From Minisyncoccia bacterium (GTDB taxonomy: Bacteria; Patescibacteriota; Minisyncoccia; Phycocordibacterales; UBA5272), in contig JBBSJU010000002.1 of assembly GCA_038256975.1 (NCBI GenBank), positions 1,064-65,063 on the forward strand: DNA of 64,000 bases, given 5' to 3'. Positions 27,687 to 37,238 of the stretch are shown here, one piece after another (the stretch's first letter is position 1; every line of letters begins with the position of its first letter). Position numbers and translations under genes: made by a program. The notes under the pieces are model-generated. The model was not told the DNA's origin, made no database searches, and saw nothing but the letters and a program-made list of their open reading frames with translations.

Positions 27687-28922
27687 ATGCGTACGAAACT
27701 CTTTTTTGGTCTGTTGTTTGCGGCGGGGATATTTTATGGAGGCTATACTCTGGGAATTTCAAATTATAATTGGGAAACGGTTATTGCAAAACAAGTTGCG
27801 GGCACTGCTGTGCCAGGAGATGTGCAAGATGCAGACTTTGCACCACTTTGGAAAGCGTGGGCAACTTTGGATCAAAAGATAGCGCCATCAAAAGCAAGTT
27901 CAACAAAAACTATTGCAAATCAAGATAAGGTCTGGGGAGCTATCCAAGGACTTGCTTCTTCATACGGAGACCCATACACAACATTTTTCCCGCCACAAGA
28001 ATCTAAGGCTTTTGCAGAAAGTGTAAAAGGATCATTTGGTGGTGTTGGAATGGAGGTGACCATGAAAGATAAAGTAATCACTGTAGTCGCGCCGCTCAAA
28101 GGCACTCCTGCTTTTCGTGCGGGCATAAAAGCAAACGATAAAATTATCGAGATAGATGGAACTTCAACATTACAAATGTCACTCGATAAGGCGGTGGCCT
28201 TGATGCATGGCAATCCAGGAACCGTTGTGGCATTAAAAATATTCCGCGAATCAGAAAGACGTACTATTGAACTTGCAATCACGCGTGCAATTATTGAAGT
28301 CCCAACCATTCAAACAGAATTCAAAGATGGAGTATTTGTTATCCACTTGTTTAGCTTTACGGAAAATTCGGCGCCAAAGTTCCGTGACGCACTTCTTGAG
28401 TTTGAACCATTCTTTAGTAGTGGCAAAACAAATAAACTCATCATAGATCTTCGGAGCAATCCGGGTGGGTTTTTGGAATCAGCAGTTGATATCGCGTCGT
28501 TTTTCCTTCCTGAAGGAAAAGAGATTGTGCGCGAAGTGGGGAATCGTGAATATGGTGAAAAGATATACCGCAGTCGAGGATTTGATGTCTTTGGTGATGG
28601 TCTGAAACTTGCTATTTTAATTGATGGTGGTTCAGCGTCTGCTTCTGAAATTCTTGCAAGTGCACTTCAGGATCATGGCAAGGCGATTTTAGTTGGTGAG
28701 CAGTCGTTTGGGAAAGGTTCGGTACAAGAATTAATACCTATTACAAATGACACTTCTCTTAAGGTCACCATTGCGCGATGGCTTACGCCAAAAGGGAAAT
28801 CTATTTCTGATGGAGGAATAACTCCTGATGTTGTGGTTTTGTACGCAACGAGTACTAAAGAAGGTGAGGAGATAAAAGATGTACAGCTCTTGCAAGCAAT
28901 TACAGAACTTAAGAAATCATAG
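27687..28922 (+). CDS. ctpA: carboxyl-terminal processing protease (S41 family) with PDZ domain
   Basis: PDZ region (GIKANDKIIEIDG) and S41 catalytic region (DLRSNPGG...K). Confidence 0.85.
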   Translation: MRTKLFFGLLFAAGIFYGGYTLGISNYNWETVIAKQVAGTAVPGDVQDADFAPLWKAWATLDQKIAPSKASSTKTIANQDKVWGAIQGLASSYGDPYTTFFPPQESKAFAESVKGSFGGVGMEVTMKDKVITVVAPLKGTPAFRAGIKANDKIIEIDGTSTLQMSLDKAVALMHGNPGTVVALKIFRESERRTIELAITRAIIEVPTIQTEFKDGVFVIHLFSFTENSAPKFRDALLEFEPFFSSGKTNKLIIDLRSNPGGFLESAVDIASFFLPEGKEIVREVGNREYGEKIYRSRGFDVFGDGLKLAILIDGGSASASEILASALQDHGKAILVGEQSFGKGSVQELIPITNDTSLKVTIARWLTPKGKSISDGGITPDVVVLYATSTKEGEEIKDVQLLQAITELKKS

Positions 28923-28924
28923 AT

Positions 28925-29386
28925 ATGAAGGTACTTCTTCTTGTTGATGTAAAGAAACTTGCTAAAAAAGGATCAGTAATTGAAGTTGCTGACGGATACG
29001 GTACTTTTCTTATCCAAAAAAAGATGGCAAAGCTTGCGACCACAAGTACCGTTAAAGAAGTTGCTCATGTTCAAAAACAAAAGGATGCAGGGGAGAACCG
29101 AGAGATGGAAATATTACTCTCTGCATATGTGCAGCTCGAAAACAAAGAGATTACAATTCCTGTACGAGTAAATGAAAAAGGTGTTTTGTACGGACATATT
29201 CATGCGGTTGAAATATCTGAGGCATTAAAATCTTCATATCACGTAGCGCTTTCCCCAGGGCTTATTCATCTTCGTGAACCACTAAAGAATCTTGGAGAAT
29301 ACCAAATTGAGCTAAAAGCGGGGAAGATTAAAAAAATACTTACCTTGACTTTGGTAGCAGAGAAGATTTCTAAAGAGAGGAGATAG
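28925..29386 (+). CDS. rplI: 50S ribosomal protein L9
   Basis: MKVLLLVDVKKLAKKGSVIEVADGYG is the typical bL9 N-terminus. Confidence 0.85.
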   Translation: MKVLLLVDVKKLAKKGSVIEVADGYGTFLIQKKMAKLATTSTVKEVAHVQKQKDAGENREMEILLSAYVQLENKEITIPVRVNEKGVLYGHIHAVEISEALKSSYHVALSPGLIHLREPLKNLGEYQIELKAGKIKKILTLTLVAEKISKERR

Positions 29387-29397
29387 TAACCAAAAAA

Positions 29398-29427
29398 TAA
29401 AACCGCCGAGCTGGCGGTTTTATTTTG
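29398..29427. terminator. bidirectional terminator between rplI and rpmA
   Basis: AAACCGCCGAGCTGGCGGTTTtatttt. Confidence 0.7.
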
Positions 29428-29446
29428 ATCTATAGAGAAAGGAAAT

Positions 29447-29719
29447 TTATTCAACGTTGACAACTTTTTTTGTTGAAGTTGTGCCGTCGATATTTTTCTT
29501 TCGCTTCGAAGTGAAGTTTACTTTTCCTGTTGTAACAGAGTAAAGGGTGTAATCAACACCTCTTCGAACATTCTTACCTGCAAGCACCTTAGAGCCACGC
29601 TGCCGCACGATAATAGATCCTGGATTTGCCTTCTCGCCAGTGTACAGCTTAATACCCAAATACTTTGGGTTTGAATCACTGAGGTTTTTTGCCGTTCCGG
29701 CGGCTTTTCTTGTTGCCAT
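29447..29719 (-). CDS. rpmA: 50S ribosomal protein L27
   Basis: MATRKAAGTAKN...SIIVRQRGSKVLAGKNV matches bL27; the ORF-track start at 29755 is probably too long. Confidence 0.85.
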   Translation of the reverse strand: MATRKAAGTAKNLSDSNPKYLGIKLYTGEKANPGSIIVRQRGSKVLAGKNVRRGVDYTLYSVTTGKVNFTSKRKKNIDGTTSTKKVVNVE

Positions 29720-29829
29720 ATAGTAATATACTACGTATAAATAACGTGAGTACAATAATACGATACTTTAGGAATAAAATCAACATCCTTGAGACGTACC
29801 TGGCAAGGAGGGATATTCTCATTATTATC

Positions 29830-30132
29830 GTGATTCTTTCTGTCTCTGTTATCTCTTTTGCGCTTGGATTTCATGCTGGCAGTCAAAAAAATGTTCCTGT
29901 GGTTACGGTGAAGGACAATCTATGTATTGCTCCGGTGACGGAGGCGAGTATTAAGAAAGGTGAAGATATAGCACAAGGCAATAGCACAATTGTTGCCTCT
30001 AAAAACGGTTCGCGGTATTACTTTGTATGGTGTTCGGGAGCATCGCGCATTGCTCCACAAAATCGTGTGTATTTTGAAACAATCCAAGAAGCAGAAAAGA
30101 AAGGGTATACTATGGCATCAGGTTGTAAATAA
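29830..30132 (+). CDS. hypothetical membrane-anchored protein (non-ATG start; ATT at 29821 or GTG at 29830)
   Basis: The upstream part of the ORF overlaps rpmA on the other strand; AGGAGG at 29806-11 sits 9 nt before ATT 29821; conserved-looking C-terminus with Cys residues. Confidence 0.3.
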   Translation: MILSVSVISFALGFHAGSQKNVPVVTVKDNLCIAPVTEASIKKGEDIAQGNSTIVASKNGSRYYFVWCSGASRIAPQNRVYFETIQEAEKKGYTMASGCK

Positions 30133-30166
30133 CAAGCAGTAAGGCTAAAATTTTAAAATACAGAAT

Positions 30167-30802
30167 ATGGTAATTATTGATTGCGAAATGACGGGGCTTG
30201 ATCCAAAGAAAAATTCTATTGTGAGCATTGGGGCAGTAGACATTGAAAATCCAGAACGGAGACTCTATATAGAGTGCCAAGCGTGGGAAGGTGTGGAATG
30301 TGACCCAGAAGCACTTGGGGTGTGTGGTTTTACTGTTGAACAGTGCTTTGATAAAAACAAAAAAACGTTGCAAGAGGCAATGCGTGAAGTGTTTGAGTGG
30401 ATACAGCCGATATCAGATAAAACCTTAGCAGGACAAAATGTGTTTCTTGATATGGCATTCTTAAATGATTCATTTGCTCGTGCCGGAATTGATTTTAAAT
30501 TTAAATATAGAATTATTGATATTCATACGATTGCGTATCTCGACCATGTCTATCGCAAGATTCCTGTGCCACAAAAAGACGGTCGCGCAGCACTTTCCCT
30601 TGATGCGATATTGAAACATGTTGGTGTGCCAGAAGAGCCTCGTCCCCACAATGCGTTCACGGGAGCTATGGTTTCAGCGGAGGCAATTTCACGCATCGTG
30701 TACAACAAAAAACTTTTGAAAGAGTTTTGGCAGTACCCACTTCCTAGAAACAGACGTTCTCTTTGGGGAAAACTAAAAGCATTTTTTGTTGACAGGGGAT
30801 AA
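30167..30802 (+). CDS. DEDDh 3'-5' exonuclease (DnaQ-like)
   Basis: Exo I IIDCEMTGLDP; Exo III HNAFTGAMVSAE (H-x4-D). Confidence 0.7.
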   Translation: MVIIDCEMTGLDPKKNSIVSIGAVDIENPERRLYIECQAWEGVECDPEALGVCGFTVEQCFDKNKKTLQEAMREVFEWIQPISDKTLAGQNVFLDMAFLNDSFARAGIDFKFKYRIIDIHTIAYLDHVYRKIPVPQKDGRAALSLDAILKHVGVPEEPRPHNAFTGAMVSAEAISRIVYNKKLLKEFWQYPLPRNRRSLWGKLKAFFVDRG

Positions 30803-30809
30803 TGGTACG

Positions 30810-31300
30810 TGGTTATATAAACAGATGGTAAGCCACCAAGTCATTTGCAAGAAAATGTACCCGACTATGGGGGCTTTGAGTCGTGGGTAATCCACATTCC
30901 ACCGACTCAGAAGGCCTCCGAAGCGATTCGGAGGTTTTTCATTAGAAAATTTGTGGTTCTTCTGAAGTTGGAGAAAAACATGATCGGAGAAGGGTGTCTC
31001 CCGATGGATGCGTTTGATGAGAAGAGGCCTGGCCGACGACCAACAGGCGCACCAGATAAACCAGTAGTTGTTGTCGTGCCGAGCACGACAAGGGGGTCAC
31101 CAATTGGTGGCCAGCCGCTTACCAAAGAACGGCAGGATCAGTCCGCCACAGGGCTCGATCCAGGTGCTGGAAATTACACCTGATTTCAGGGGAGGGAGCG
31201 CAAAGGTCGCATGTAAGTGAAAATACTCGGAAGGTTCGAGAATTTAGCTTGCATGCGGCTTTTTATTTTGTCTCAAAACAGTATGAGGTTCGTGATATTA
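30810..31300. ncRNA. candidate structured non-coding RNA (unclassified); long GC-rich intergenic region
   Basis: About 450 nt with no credible ORF (only low-complexity Pro/Gly/Arg ORFs on both strands); GC well above neighbours; several stable hairpins (CCTCCGaagcgattCGGAGG, GTCGTGCcgaGCACGAC). Confidence 0.2.
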
Positions 31301-31303
31301 TGT

Positions 31304-32350
31304 ATGTATATATTTATGTCTACTCAAAAAATATTTTTCCTCACTCTTTTCTTAAGCGCATTTGGCGTACTTGCATATATTTTTAGTCCGTTCTTCGCAG
31401 TTATTCTTCTTGGGGTTGTATCAGGAATTGCCCTGGAACCATTTTTTGTGTGGGCACGTACAACACTTAAGCTTGGACCGTCGCTCGCATCTCTATTTGT
31501 TGTTTTTGTCGTTGTTATTGTTTTAGGAGCAACTACAAGTCTTGTCGGTACGCAGCTTGCATCCCAGGCACAAAATGTATATCAAAATGTAATAGCAGGA
31601 AATCAGTACGAGCTTAAAGATGCTTCGGAGTATGTAAATACTCTTATCCGACCATTCAATAAAGCGTACACGATTGATCTTCAGAAGTATATCAATCCTG
31701 TTGTTACTTTTATTGCTCAAAATGTTGGGGATATTGTTTCAGGAACTGCATCAGTTATTTTTAAATTCTTTTTATGGCTTGTTACCTTGTATTTTATTTT
31801 GAAAGATGGACGAAAAATTAAGTCACTTCTTGTAAAACTAAGTCCGCTGAAAGATGTTCACGACGACAAACTTTTCCAACATGTGGCGGCTTCGGCGCGA
31901 TCAATTGTGAAAGGGGTTTTCTTCATCGCACTTATTCAAGGTTTTTTTGTCGGATTGGGTTTATGGTTTGTGGGAATCGAGAACGCAATCTTCTGGGGGC
32001 TTATTGCTGCTATTGCCGCACCTATTCCGCTTTTAGGAACAAGCGTCATTATGATTCCTTCAATCGCCTACCTTCTCATTACGTCGCAGTTTGTGCCTGC
32101 GCTCGTGCTCATTGTTTGGGGAATCACAGCTGTTGGGCTTGTTGATAACGTTCTCAGTCCATATTTCTATTCAAAGGGAACAGAAATTCATCCGCTTATT
32201 CTTTTGTTTTCAATCTTGGGCGGACTTGCGGTGTTCGGACCTATAGGATTTATTGGTGGTCCACTTATCGCAACAATCGCCTTTACGCTAACCTCTTTGT
32301 ATCAAGAAATTGTATTGGAAGAATTACCTAAAAAAGCAGAAAATAACTAA
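31304..32350 (+). CDS. AI-2E family transporter (PerM/UPF0118)
   Basis: About 350 aa, 7-8 TM, typical AI-2E topology; start uncertain (31217, 31304 or 31316). Confidence 0.65.
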   Translation: MYIFMSTQKIFFLTLFLSAFGVLAYIFSPFFAVILLGVVSGIALEPFFVWARTTLKLGPSLASLFVVFVVVIVLGATTSLVGTQLASQAQNVYQNVIAGNQYELKDASEYVNTLIRPFNKAYTIDLQKYINPVVTFIAQNVGDIVSGTASVIFKFFLWLVTLYFILKDGRKIKSLLVKLSPLKDVHDDKLFQHVAASARSIVKGVFFIALIQGFFVGLGLWFVGIENAIFWGLIAAIAAPIPLLGTSVIMIPSIAYLLITSQFVPALVLIVWGITAVGLVDNVLSPYFYSKGTEIHPLILLFSILGGLAVFGPIGFIGGPLIATIAFTLTSLYQEIVLEELPKKAENN

Positions 32351-32386
32351 GAACGACGCTGTGAGCCGGGTGGTATACTGCTATAC

Positions 32387-35300
32387 ATGAAGGCTGTTTT
32401 TGAAGAGCGATATAAGAAATTAAACGAAGCGCAAAAACGGGCCGTTGATACAACAGAAGGTCCGGTGCTTGTTATTGCTGGGCCTGGATCAGGAAAGACC
32501 GAACTTCTTTCGTTACGTGTTGTAAACATTTTACGGCAGGGCAATGTTGGTCCGCAGAATATTCTTTGCCTTACATTTACTAATAGTGGCGCGCTCAATA
32601 TGCGAGAGCGTCTTGTGCAGCTCATGGGCGCAGATGCATATCGTGTAGGTATTTTTACATTCCACGCATTTTGTAGTCACGTCATTTCTCGCTTCCCTGA
32701 ATATTTTTATAATGCTGCAACATTTGTAAATATTTCTGATGTTGTTCGTGCTGAGATTCTAGAGTCGATATTTGCTCAGTTGCCACACAAGCATCCTTTG
32801 GCGAGCTATCATCCTGAACTTGGATATGCGTATCTTTATAATGCAAAAGAACGTATCAAACATATAAAAAACGGCGGATTTACTCCAGAAGAATTTCGTG
32901 CGGTTTTAGAACATACACTTTCTGAATACGAAGCCGTGCATAAAGCATTCTCTTTGTGGCCAGAATCAATGCGAGGCAAGGGAAGTATCGCAGATGTGCG
33001 CGCTGTGTACGAATCGCTTCTAAAACTTTCTTCGAATACAACTGCCCGGGCATTAGTAAGTACGCTTTTGCTTGCACTTGAAAAAGCAGAGCAAGAAAAC
33101 AAAACGACCACGATTACAAAGTGGCAAAATACGTACACCGTGAAAGGTTCTGACGGAAGAATACTAAAAGAATTTGCAAAGGTAGATAAAATGCAGGCAC
33201 TTGCAGATGTGTATGAAAAATATACAGAAACACTTCATGTCCGAGGCTACTATGATTATGATGACATGATTATTGATGTGTCACATGCTTTACAAAAATA
33301 TGATGTACTTCGTGCAGAATTAGAAGAGCAATATCAGTACGTTCTTATTGATGAATTTCAAGACACAAATGAGGCTCAAATGAATGTAGTCCGTGCTATC
33401 ACACAAAATGAAGTGTATGAAGGGAAGGCAAATATTTGTGTGGTGGGAGATGATGATCAGGCGATTTATAAATTCCAAGGTGCTGAAATATCCCACATGA
33501 TGGATTTTCGTAGTCGTTTATATAAAGATGTACAAACGATTGTTTTGGATAAAAACTACCGCTCTACAAAGGATATTTTAGATTTGGCGCGTTCCGTTAT
33601 AATCCAAGGCAATATTCGTCTTGAAAATCGTTATCAGGACATTACTAAAGTACTTGCCTCAGCAAGTACAGATCTTCCAAAGGGATCCGTTGAGATTGTC
33701 TCCTACGTTTCTGATCTGGAGGAGTATCAATCGGTCGTTAAAAAAATTCGTGCCGAGTTAGATGCAGGTATTCCACCAGAAGAAATTGCAGTGATTGCAC
33801 GTGAACATAAGCAGTTGCGAAACCTTTTGCCACATTTACATCATGCGGGCATTGGGTATACGTATAAAAAAAGTGCTAATGTTTTTGATGAACCTCATAT
33901 ACGCGAACTTATAACTATCTGTGAGTATCTAGCCTCAGGGTTATCGTATGAGGGTACGCGCACTGATCTACTTCCTCAGATTCTTTCCTTCTCCTTTTTT
34001 AATCTTCCACGGACAACACTTTTTTTACTAGCAGAAAAAGTTAAAAAAGAAAATATATCATGGGCAAAGGCACTTACTGAAAACAGTGACAAAAAAGTGC
34101 AAAACATGTTCGAGCTTTTAGCAACGCTTTCTGTTGACGCAAAAACAACACCACTTGAACACGTGCTGAATCTTTTTATAGAGAAAAGTGGTTTCAAGGA
34201 ATATTATTTCAGTGAAAGGGTTCGTAAAGAGCGACCGGGAGATTATGTGCACTTTCTAGCTAATCTCAAAACATTCATCGACGCACTTCGTGAACATAAA
34301 GAAGGTCAAATATTAACTGTAGCTGATGTTGGTTCATTTGTTGCAATGCATAAGGATTACGATATTCCGCTCATAGCGCATTCACCATATACACAAAGCG
34401 AGCATGCGGTATCGCTTCTTTCAGCACATGATGCAAAAGGGTTGGAGTTCGGAAGTGTCTATCTTATAAATGTTCATGAGGACAGCTGGGCAAAACCATC
34501 AAAACGAAAAAATAAAATTACACTGCCACTTGTTTTGAATACACTGCTTACGCCTGCTGGAGATGAGGAAGATGACTTCATCCGTTTGTTGTATGTGGCA
34601 ATTACACGTGCAAAACATACTCTACATATAAGTTCTCATGACAAACAAGTACGGTATCTTGTGGGGAGAGAAGATGTGGAAGGGAAAGATGAATCTTCAG
34701 ATGATAGAGAGGTTTCTGAAGATGAGATTATTTCTTTGCATGAGCAAGTGCTTGGACTCGCGCAAGCACCATATACCAATGATGAACAAATAATATTTAA
34801 ACGCTTGGTGGAAAATTATCAGATGCCAGTGACGCACCTTACGAATTTTTTGAATGTTATAGAGGGCGGACCTGCCCTTTTCCTTGAGCGAAACCTTCTC
34901 CGTTTTCCTGCGCCATTGAATGCTTCGGGTGCCTACGGAAGTGCGGTACACAAAGCCATTGAAGAAATTATTACATATCCACGATTTTATGGTGGCGAGA
35001 AACCAGCTCTCAAGCACGTGCTCGGTGTTTTCGATCACACGCTTTCTCGAGCACGTCTTCCACAAGAAGATGATGTACGAGAAAGAGATCGAGGACATAA
35101 ACTTCTTGAGAAGTACTATGCTCTTCGCGGAGATTTTTTCTTGCATAATGATCAGGTTGAGGTTGACATGAAAAATGAAGGGGCTGTTGTTGAGGGTGCG
35201 CACTTAACGGGAAAGTTAGACTTCTTACGCATAGAAAACAATGGTGTTTTTGTTCGTGATTTTAAAACAGGAAAAGCATTTGACTCATGGGATCGTGCAA

Positions 35301-35620
35301 AAGTAGATTACGAAAAAGTAAAACTCCACAATCAAAAATTACAGCTTATTTTTTACAAAATACTTCTCGAGAATTCAAATCGTTTCAAAAACTTTTCAGT
35401 CAGCTCACTTATTCTGGAATATGTAGAGGGAAATGAAGATTCTCCAGTGGTGGAACTCGCACTTGATCCGAGCACTGAAGACGTGGAACGAACAAAAAAA
35501 CTTATTGGTATTGTGTATAAAAAAATAAGAGCACTTGATTTTCCTGATGTGAGCGAGTACTCAAAAGATTATAAAGGAATTTTAGCTTTCGAGGATGATT
35601 TATTAGCTGGGAAAATATAA
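32387..35620 (+). CDS. AddA/RexA-like UvrD-family helicase with C-terminal RecB-family (PD-(D/E)XK) nuclease domain
   Basis: Walker A AGPGSGKT and UvrD motifs; C-terminus GKLDFLRIENNGVFVRDFKTGK...QLIFYKIL matches the RecB nuclease motifs (hhDhKTG, QhxxY). Confidence 0.8.
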   Translation: MKAVFEERYKKLNEAQKRAVDTTEGPVLVIAGPGSGKTELLSLRVVNILRQGNVGPQNILCLTFTNSGALNMRERLVQLMGADAYRVGIFTFHAFCSHVISRFPEYFYNAATFVNISDVVRAEILESIFAQLPHKHPLASYHPELGYAYLYNAKERIKHIKNGGFTPEEFRAVLEHTLSEYEAVHKAFSLWPESMRGKGSIADVRAVYESLLKLSSNTTARALVSTLLLALEKAEQENKTTTITKWQNTYTVKGSDGRILKEFAKVDKMQALADVYEKYTETLHVRGYYDYDDMIIDVSHALQKYDVLRAELEEQYQYVLIDEFQDTNEAQMNVVRAITQNEVYEGKANICVVGDDDQAIYKFQGAEISHMMDFRSRLYKDVQTIVLDKNYRSTKDILDLARSVIIQGNIRLENRYQDITKVLASASTDLPKGSVEIVSYVSDLEEYQSVVKKIRAELDAGIPPEEIAVIAREHKQLRNLLPHLHHAGIGYTYKKSANVFDEPHIRELITICEYLASGLSYEGTRTDLLPQILSFSFFNLPRTTLFLLAEKVKKENISWAKALTENSDKKVQNMFELLATLSVDAKTTPLEHVLNLFIEKSGFKEYYFSERVRKERPGDYVHFLANLKTFIDALREHKEGQILTVADVGSFVAMHKDYDIPLIAHSPYTQSEHAVSLLSAHDAKGLEFGSVYLINVHEDSWAKPSKRKNKITLPLVLNTLLTPAGDEEDDFIRLLYVAITRAKHTLHISSHDKQVRYLVGREDVEGKDESSDDREVSEDEIISLHEQVLGLAQAPYTNDEQIIFKRLVENYQMPVTHLTNFLNVIEGGPALFLERNLLRFPAPLNASGAYGSAVHKAIEEIITYPRFYGGEKPALKHVLGVFDHTLSRARLPQEDDVRERDRGHKLLEKYYALRGDFFLHNDQVEVDMKNEGAVVEGAHLTGKLDFLRIENNGVFVRDFKTGKAFDSWDRAKVDYEKVKLHNQKLQLIFYKILLENSNRFKNFSVSSLILEYVEGNEDSPVVELALDPSTEDVERTKKLIGIVYKKIRALDFPDVSEYSKDYKGILAFEDDLLAGKI

Positions 35621-35622
35621 TT

Positions 35623-36462
35623 ATGCCTGATAAATATACAGCAATCTGGGTTTCGCATTCTTCCATGGGGGATTTTATCAAGTGTCCACGTTTGTATTAT
35701 CTGAAAAATGTATATAAAGATCCCAAGACAAAGCGAAAAATGAATATTGTTACCCCGGCGCTTTCTCTTGGCGTTTCGGTGCATGAAGTGCTTGAAGGTT
35801 TGGGTGATTTTTCAAGTGAATCTCGCATGAAGAGAGATTTGGTTTCGTGGTTTGAAGAAGTTTGGAAAAAGGTTTCAGGCATACAGGGTGGTTTTATGAG
35901 TGTAGAGCAAGAAAATGAGTATAAAGCTCGTGGTATTGCCATGCTTGAAAACGTACAGCGTGATCCAAAATTTCTTGTACAAAAACGCATTAAGCTTCCG
36001 AAAGGAGAAATGAATCCAAATTTTTATTTGAGTGAGGATGACAATATTATTTTAAATGGACTTATTGACTGGATAGAGTATCTTCCTGAAACAGACTCGC
36101 TTCATATTATTGATTTCAAAACAGGAAAGTATGAAGAAGGTGAAGGCTCTTTGCAATTACCAATATATCTTCTCTTATGCCACGCACTCCAGAAAAGAAA
36201 AGTTACCAAAGCGTCGTATTGGTATTTGGAGACTGACAAGATTGTTGAAAAAGATTTACCAGATCTTGATACCGCACGAAAGGATGTACTTGAAGTTGCC
36301 TGTAAGGTAAAAGAGGCTCGGGTAGATAATGAATTTAGGTGTCCAAAAGGAGATTCAGGATGTGTACACTGCAAGCCATTTGAGAAAGTTTTACAAAAAG
36401 ATCCATCAGTTATGCATGTTGGAATAGGGGGGTTTAATCAAGATTTGTATGTGATAAAATAG
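35623..36462 (+). CDS. Cas4/AddB-like PD-(D/E)XK nuclease with putative 4Fe-4S cysteine cluster (stand-alone, 279 aa)
   Basis: IIDFKTGK...LQLPIYLL nuclease motifs; Cys at IKCPRLYY (N-terminal) plus CPKGDSGCVHC (C-terminal), the Cas4/AddB Fe-S arrangement. Confidence 0.65.
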   Translation: MPDKYTAIWVSHSSMGDFIKCPRLYYLKNVYKDPKTKRKMNIVTPALSLGVSVHEVLEGLGDFSSESRMKRDLVSWFEEVWKKVSGIQGGFMSVEQENEYKARGIAMLENVQRDPKFLVQKRIKLPKGEMNPNFYLSEDDNIILNGLIDWIEYLPETDSLHIIDFKTGKYEEGEGSLQLPIYLLLCHALQKRKVTKASYWYLETDKIVEKDLPDLDTARKDVLEVACKVKEARVDNEFRCPKGDSGCVHCKPFEKVLQKDPSVMHVGIGGFNQDLYVIK

Positions 36463-36466
36463 ACAC

Positions 36467-37231
36467 ATGGAACTTTTATTCACTTTATTTTTTATGATAC
36501 CAATTATTGCATTTGCGATTGTTCTCCTTTTTATAGTTATTCGTCAGGTCAATCAATATCAGCGTGGAGTTAAGTTTACAATGGGTCGTTTTACAGGAAT
36601 GGTTGAGCCGGGTTGGAGAATCATCATCCCTATCTTTCAAAGCATGACGAAAGTAGATATGCGTTTGAAAGCTGTTGATGTACTCGATCAGCGCACTATC
36701 ACAAAGGATAATATTTCAGTGAATGTAAACGCCGTCCTATACTATCGTGTTGTTGACGCAAGCAAGGCAATTTTACAGGTTCAGTATTATCAGAATGCCG
36801 TTGAACAATTTGCCCAAACAACAATGCGTAGTGTTGTTGGTGAGGTAACCCTCGACGAGCTTTTACAGGGCAGAGATAAAATAGCTGAGCGTATTCAGTC
36901 AATTGTTGAGAGCACTGCTGCTGGCTGGGGTCTTCTCGTGGAAAATGTGGAATTAAAAGATATTAGTTTGCCACCAGAAATGGAGCGTACTATTGCAAAA
37001 CAAGCAGAAGCTGAGCGAGAAAAGCGTGCAGTGATTATTACTTCGGAAGGTGAGCTTGGGGCGGCAAAAAATATGGCCGACGCGGCACGGATTTTAGCTG
37101 AGACTCCTGGCGCGCTCCATCTTCGTACGTTGCAGTCTATCAACGACATGTCTTCCGATCAATCAAACACAGTTATCTACATGGTACCAGTAGAGGTTTT
37201 GAAAGCATTTGACGGATTCGTGAAAAAATAA
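36467..37231 (+). CDS. SPFH/Band-7 (stomatin/prohibitin-like) membrane protein
   Basis: N-terminal TM then SPFH domain (VKFTMGRFTG...ISVNVNAVLYYRVVDA...). Confidence 0.8.
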   Translation: MELLFTLFFMIPIIAFAIVLLFIVIRQVNQYQRGVKFTMGRFTGMVEPGWRIIIPIFQSMTKVDMRLKAVDVLDQRTITKDNISVNVNAVLYYRVVDASKAILQVQYYQNAVEQFAQTTMRSVVGEVTLDELLQGRDKIAERIQSIVESTAAGWGLLVENVELKDISLPPEMERTIAKQAEAEREKRAVIITSEGELGAAKNMADAARILAETPGALHLRTLQSINDMSSDQSNTVIYMVPVEVLKAFDGFVKK

Positions 37232-37238
37232 ATTTCAA

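Noticed and set aside
29689-29829. ATG start at 29689 for the 147-aa plus-strand ORF
   Set aside because: The first 45 codons overlap rpmA (L27) on the opposite strand and read as antisense of a conserved gene. A downstream non-ATG start (ATT 29821 or GTG 29830) after AGGAGG is more plausible.
30845-31183. 112-aa ORF (and antisense 72-aa ORF 30907..31125) in the long intergenic region
   Set aside because: Pro/Gly/Arg/Val low-complexity translation with no SD or start context; more consistent with GC-rich non-coding (possibly structured RNA) sequence than with a protein.
30803-31303. T-box leader, tmRNA, SRP RNA or RNase P RNA assignment for the GC-rich intergenic region
   Set aside because: Only partial motif resemblances: AATTGGTGGCCAGCCGC vs the T-box consensus, GGGGGCTTTGAGTCG vs the tmRNA 5' end, AGTCCGCCACAGGGC vs RNase P P4. 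No tag-peptide reading frame, no SRP domain IV GGAAGGAAGCAGC, and the downstream gene is not an amino-acid gene. The region is left as an unclassified candidate RNA.
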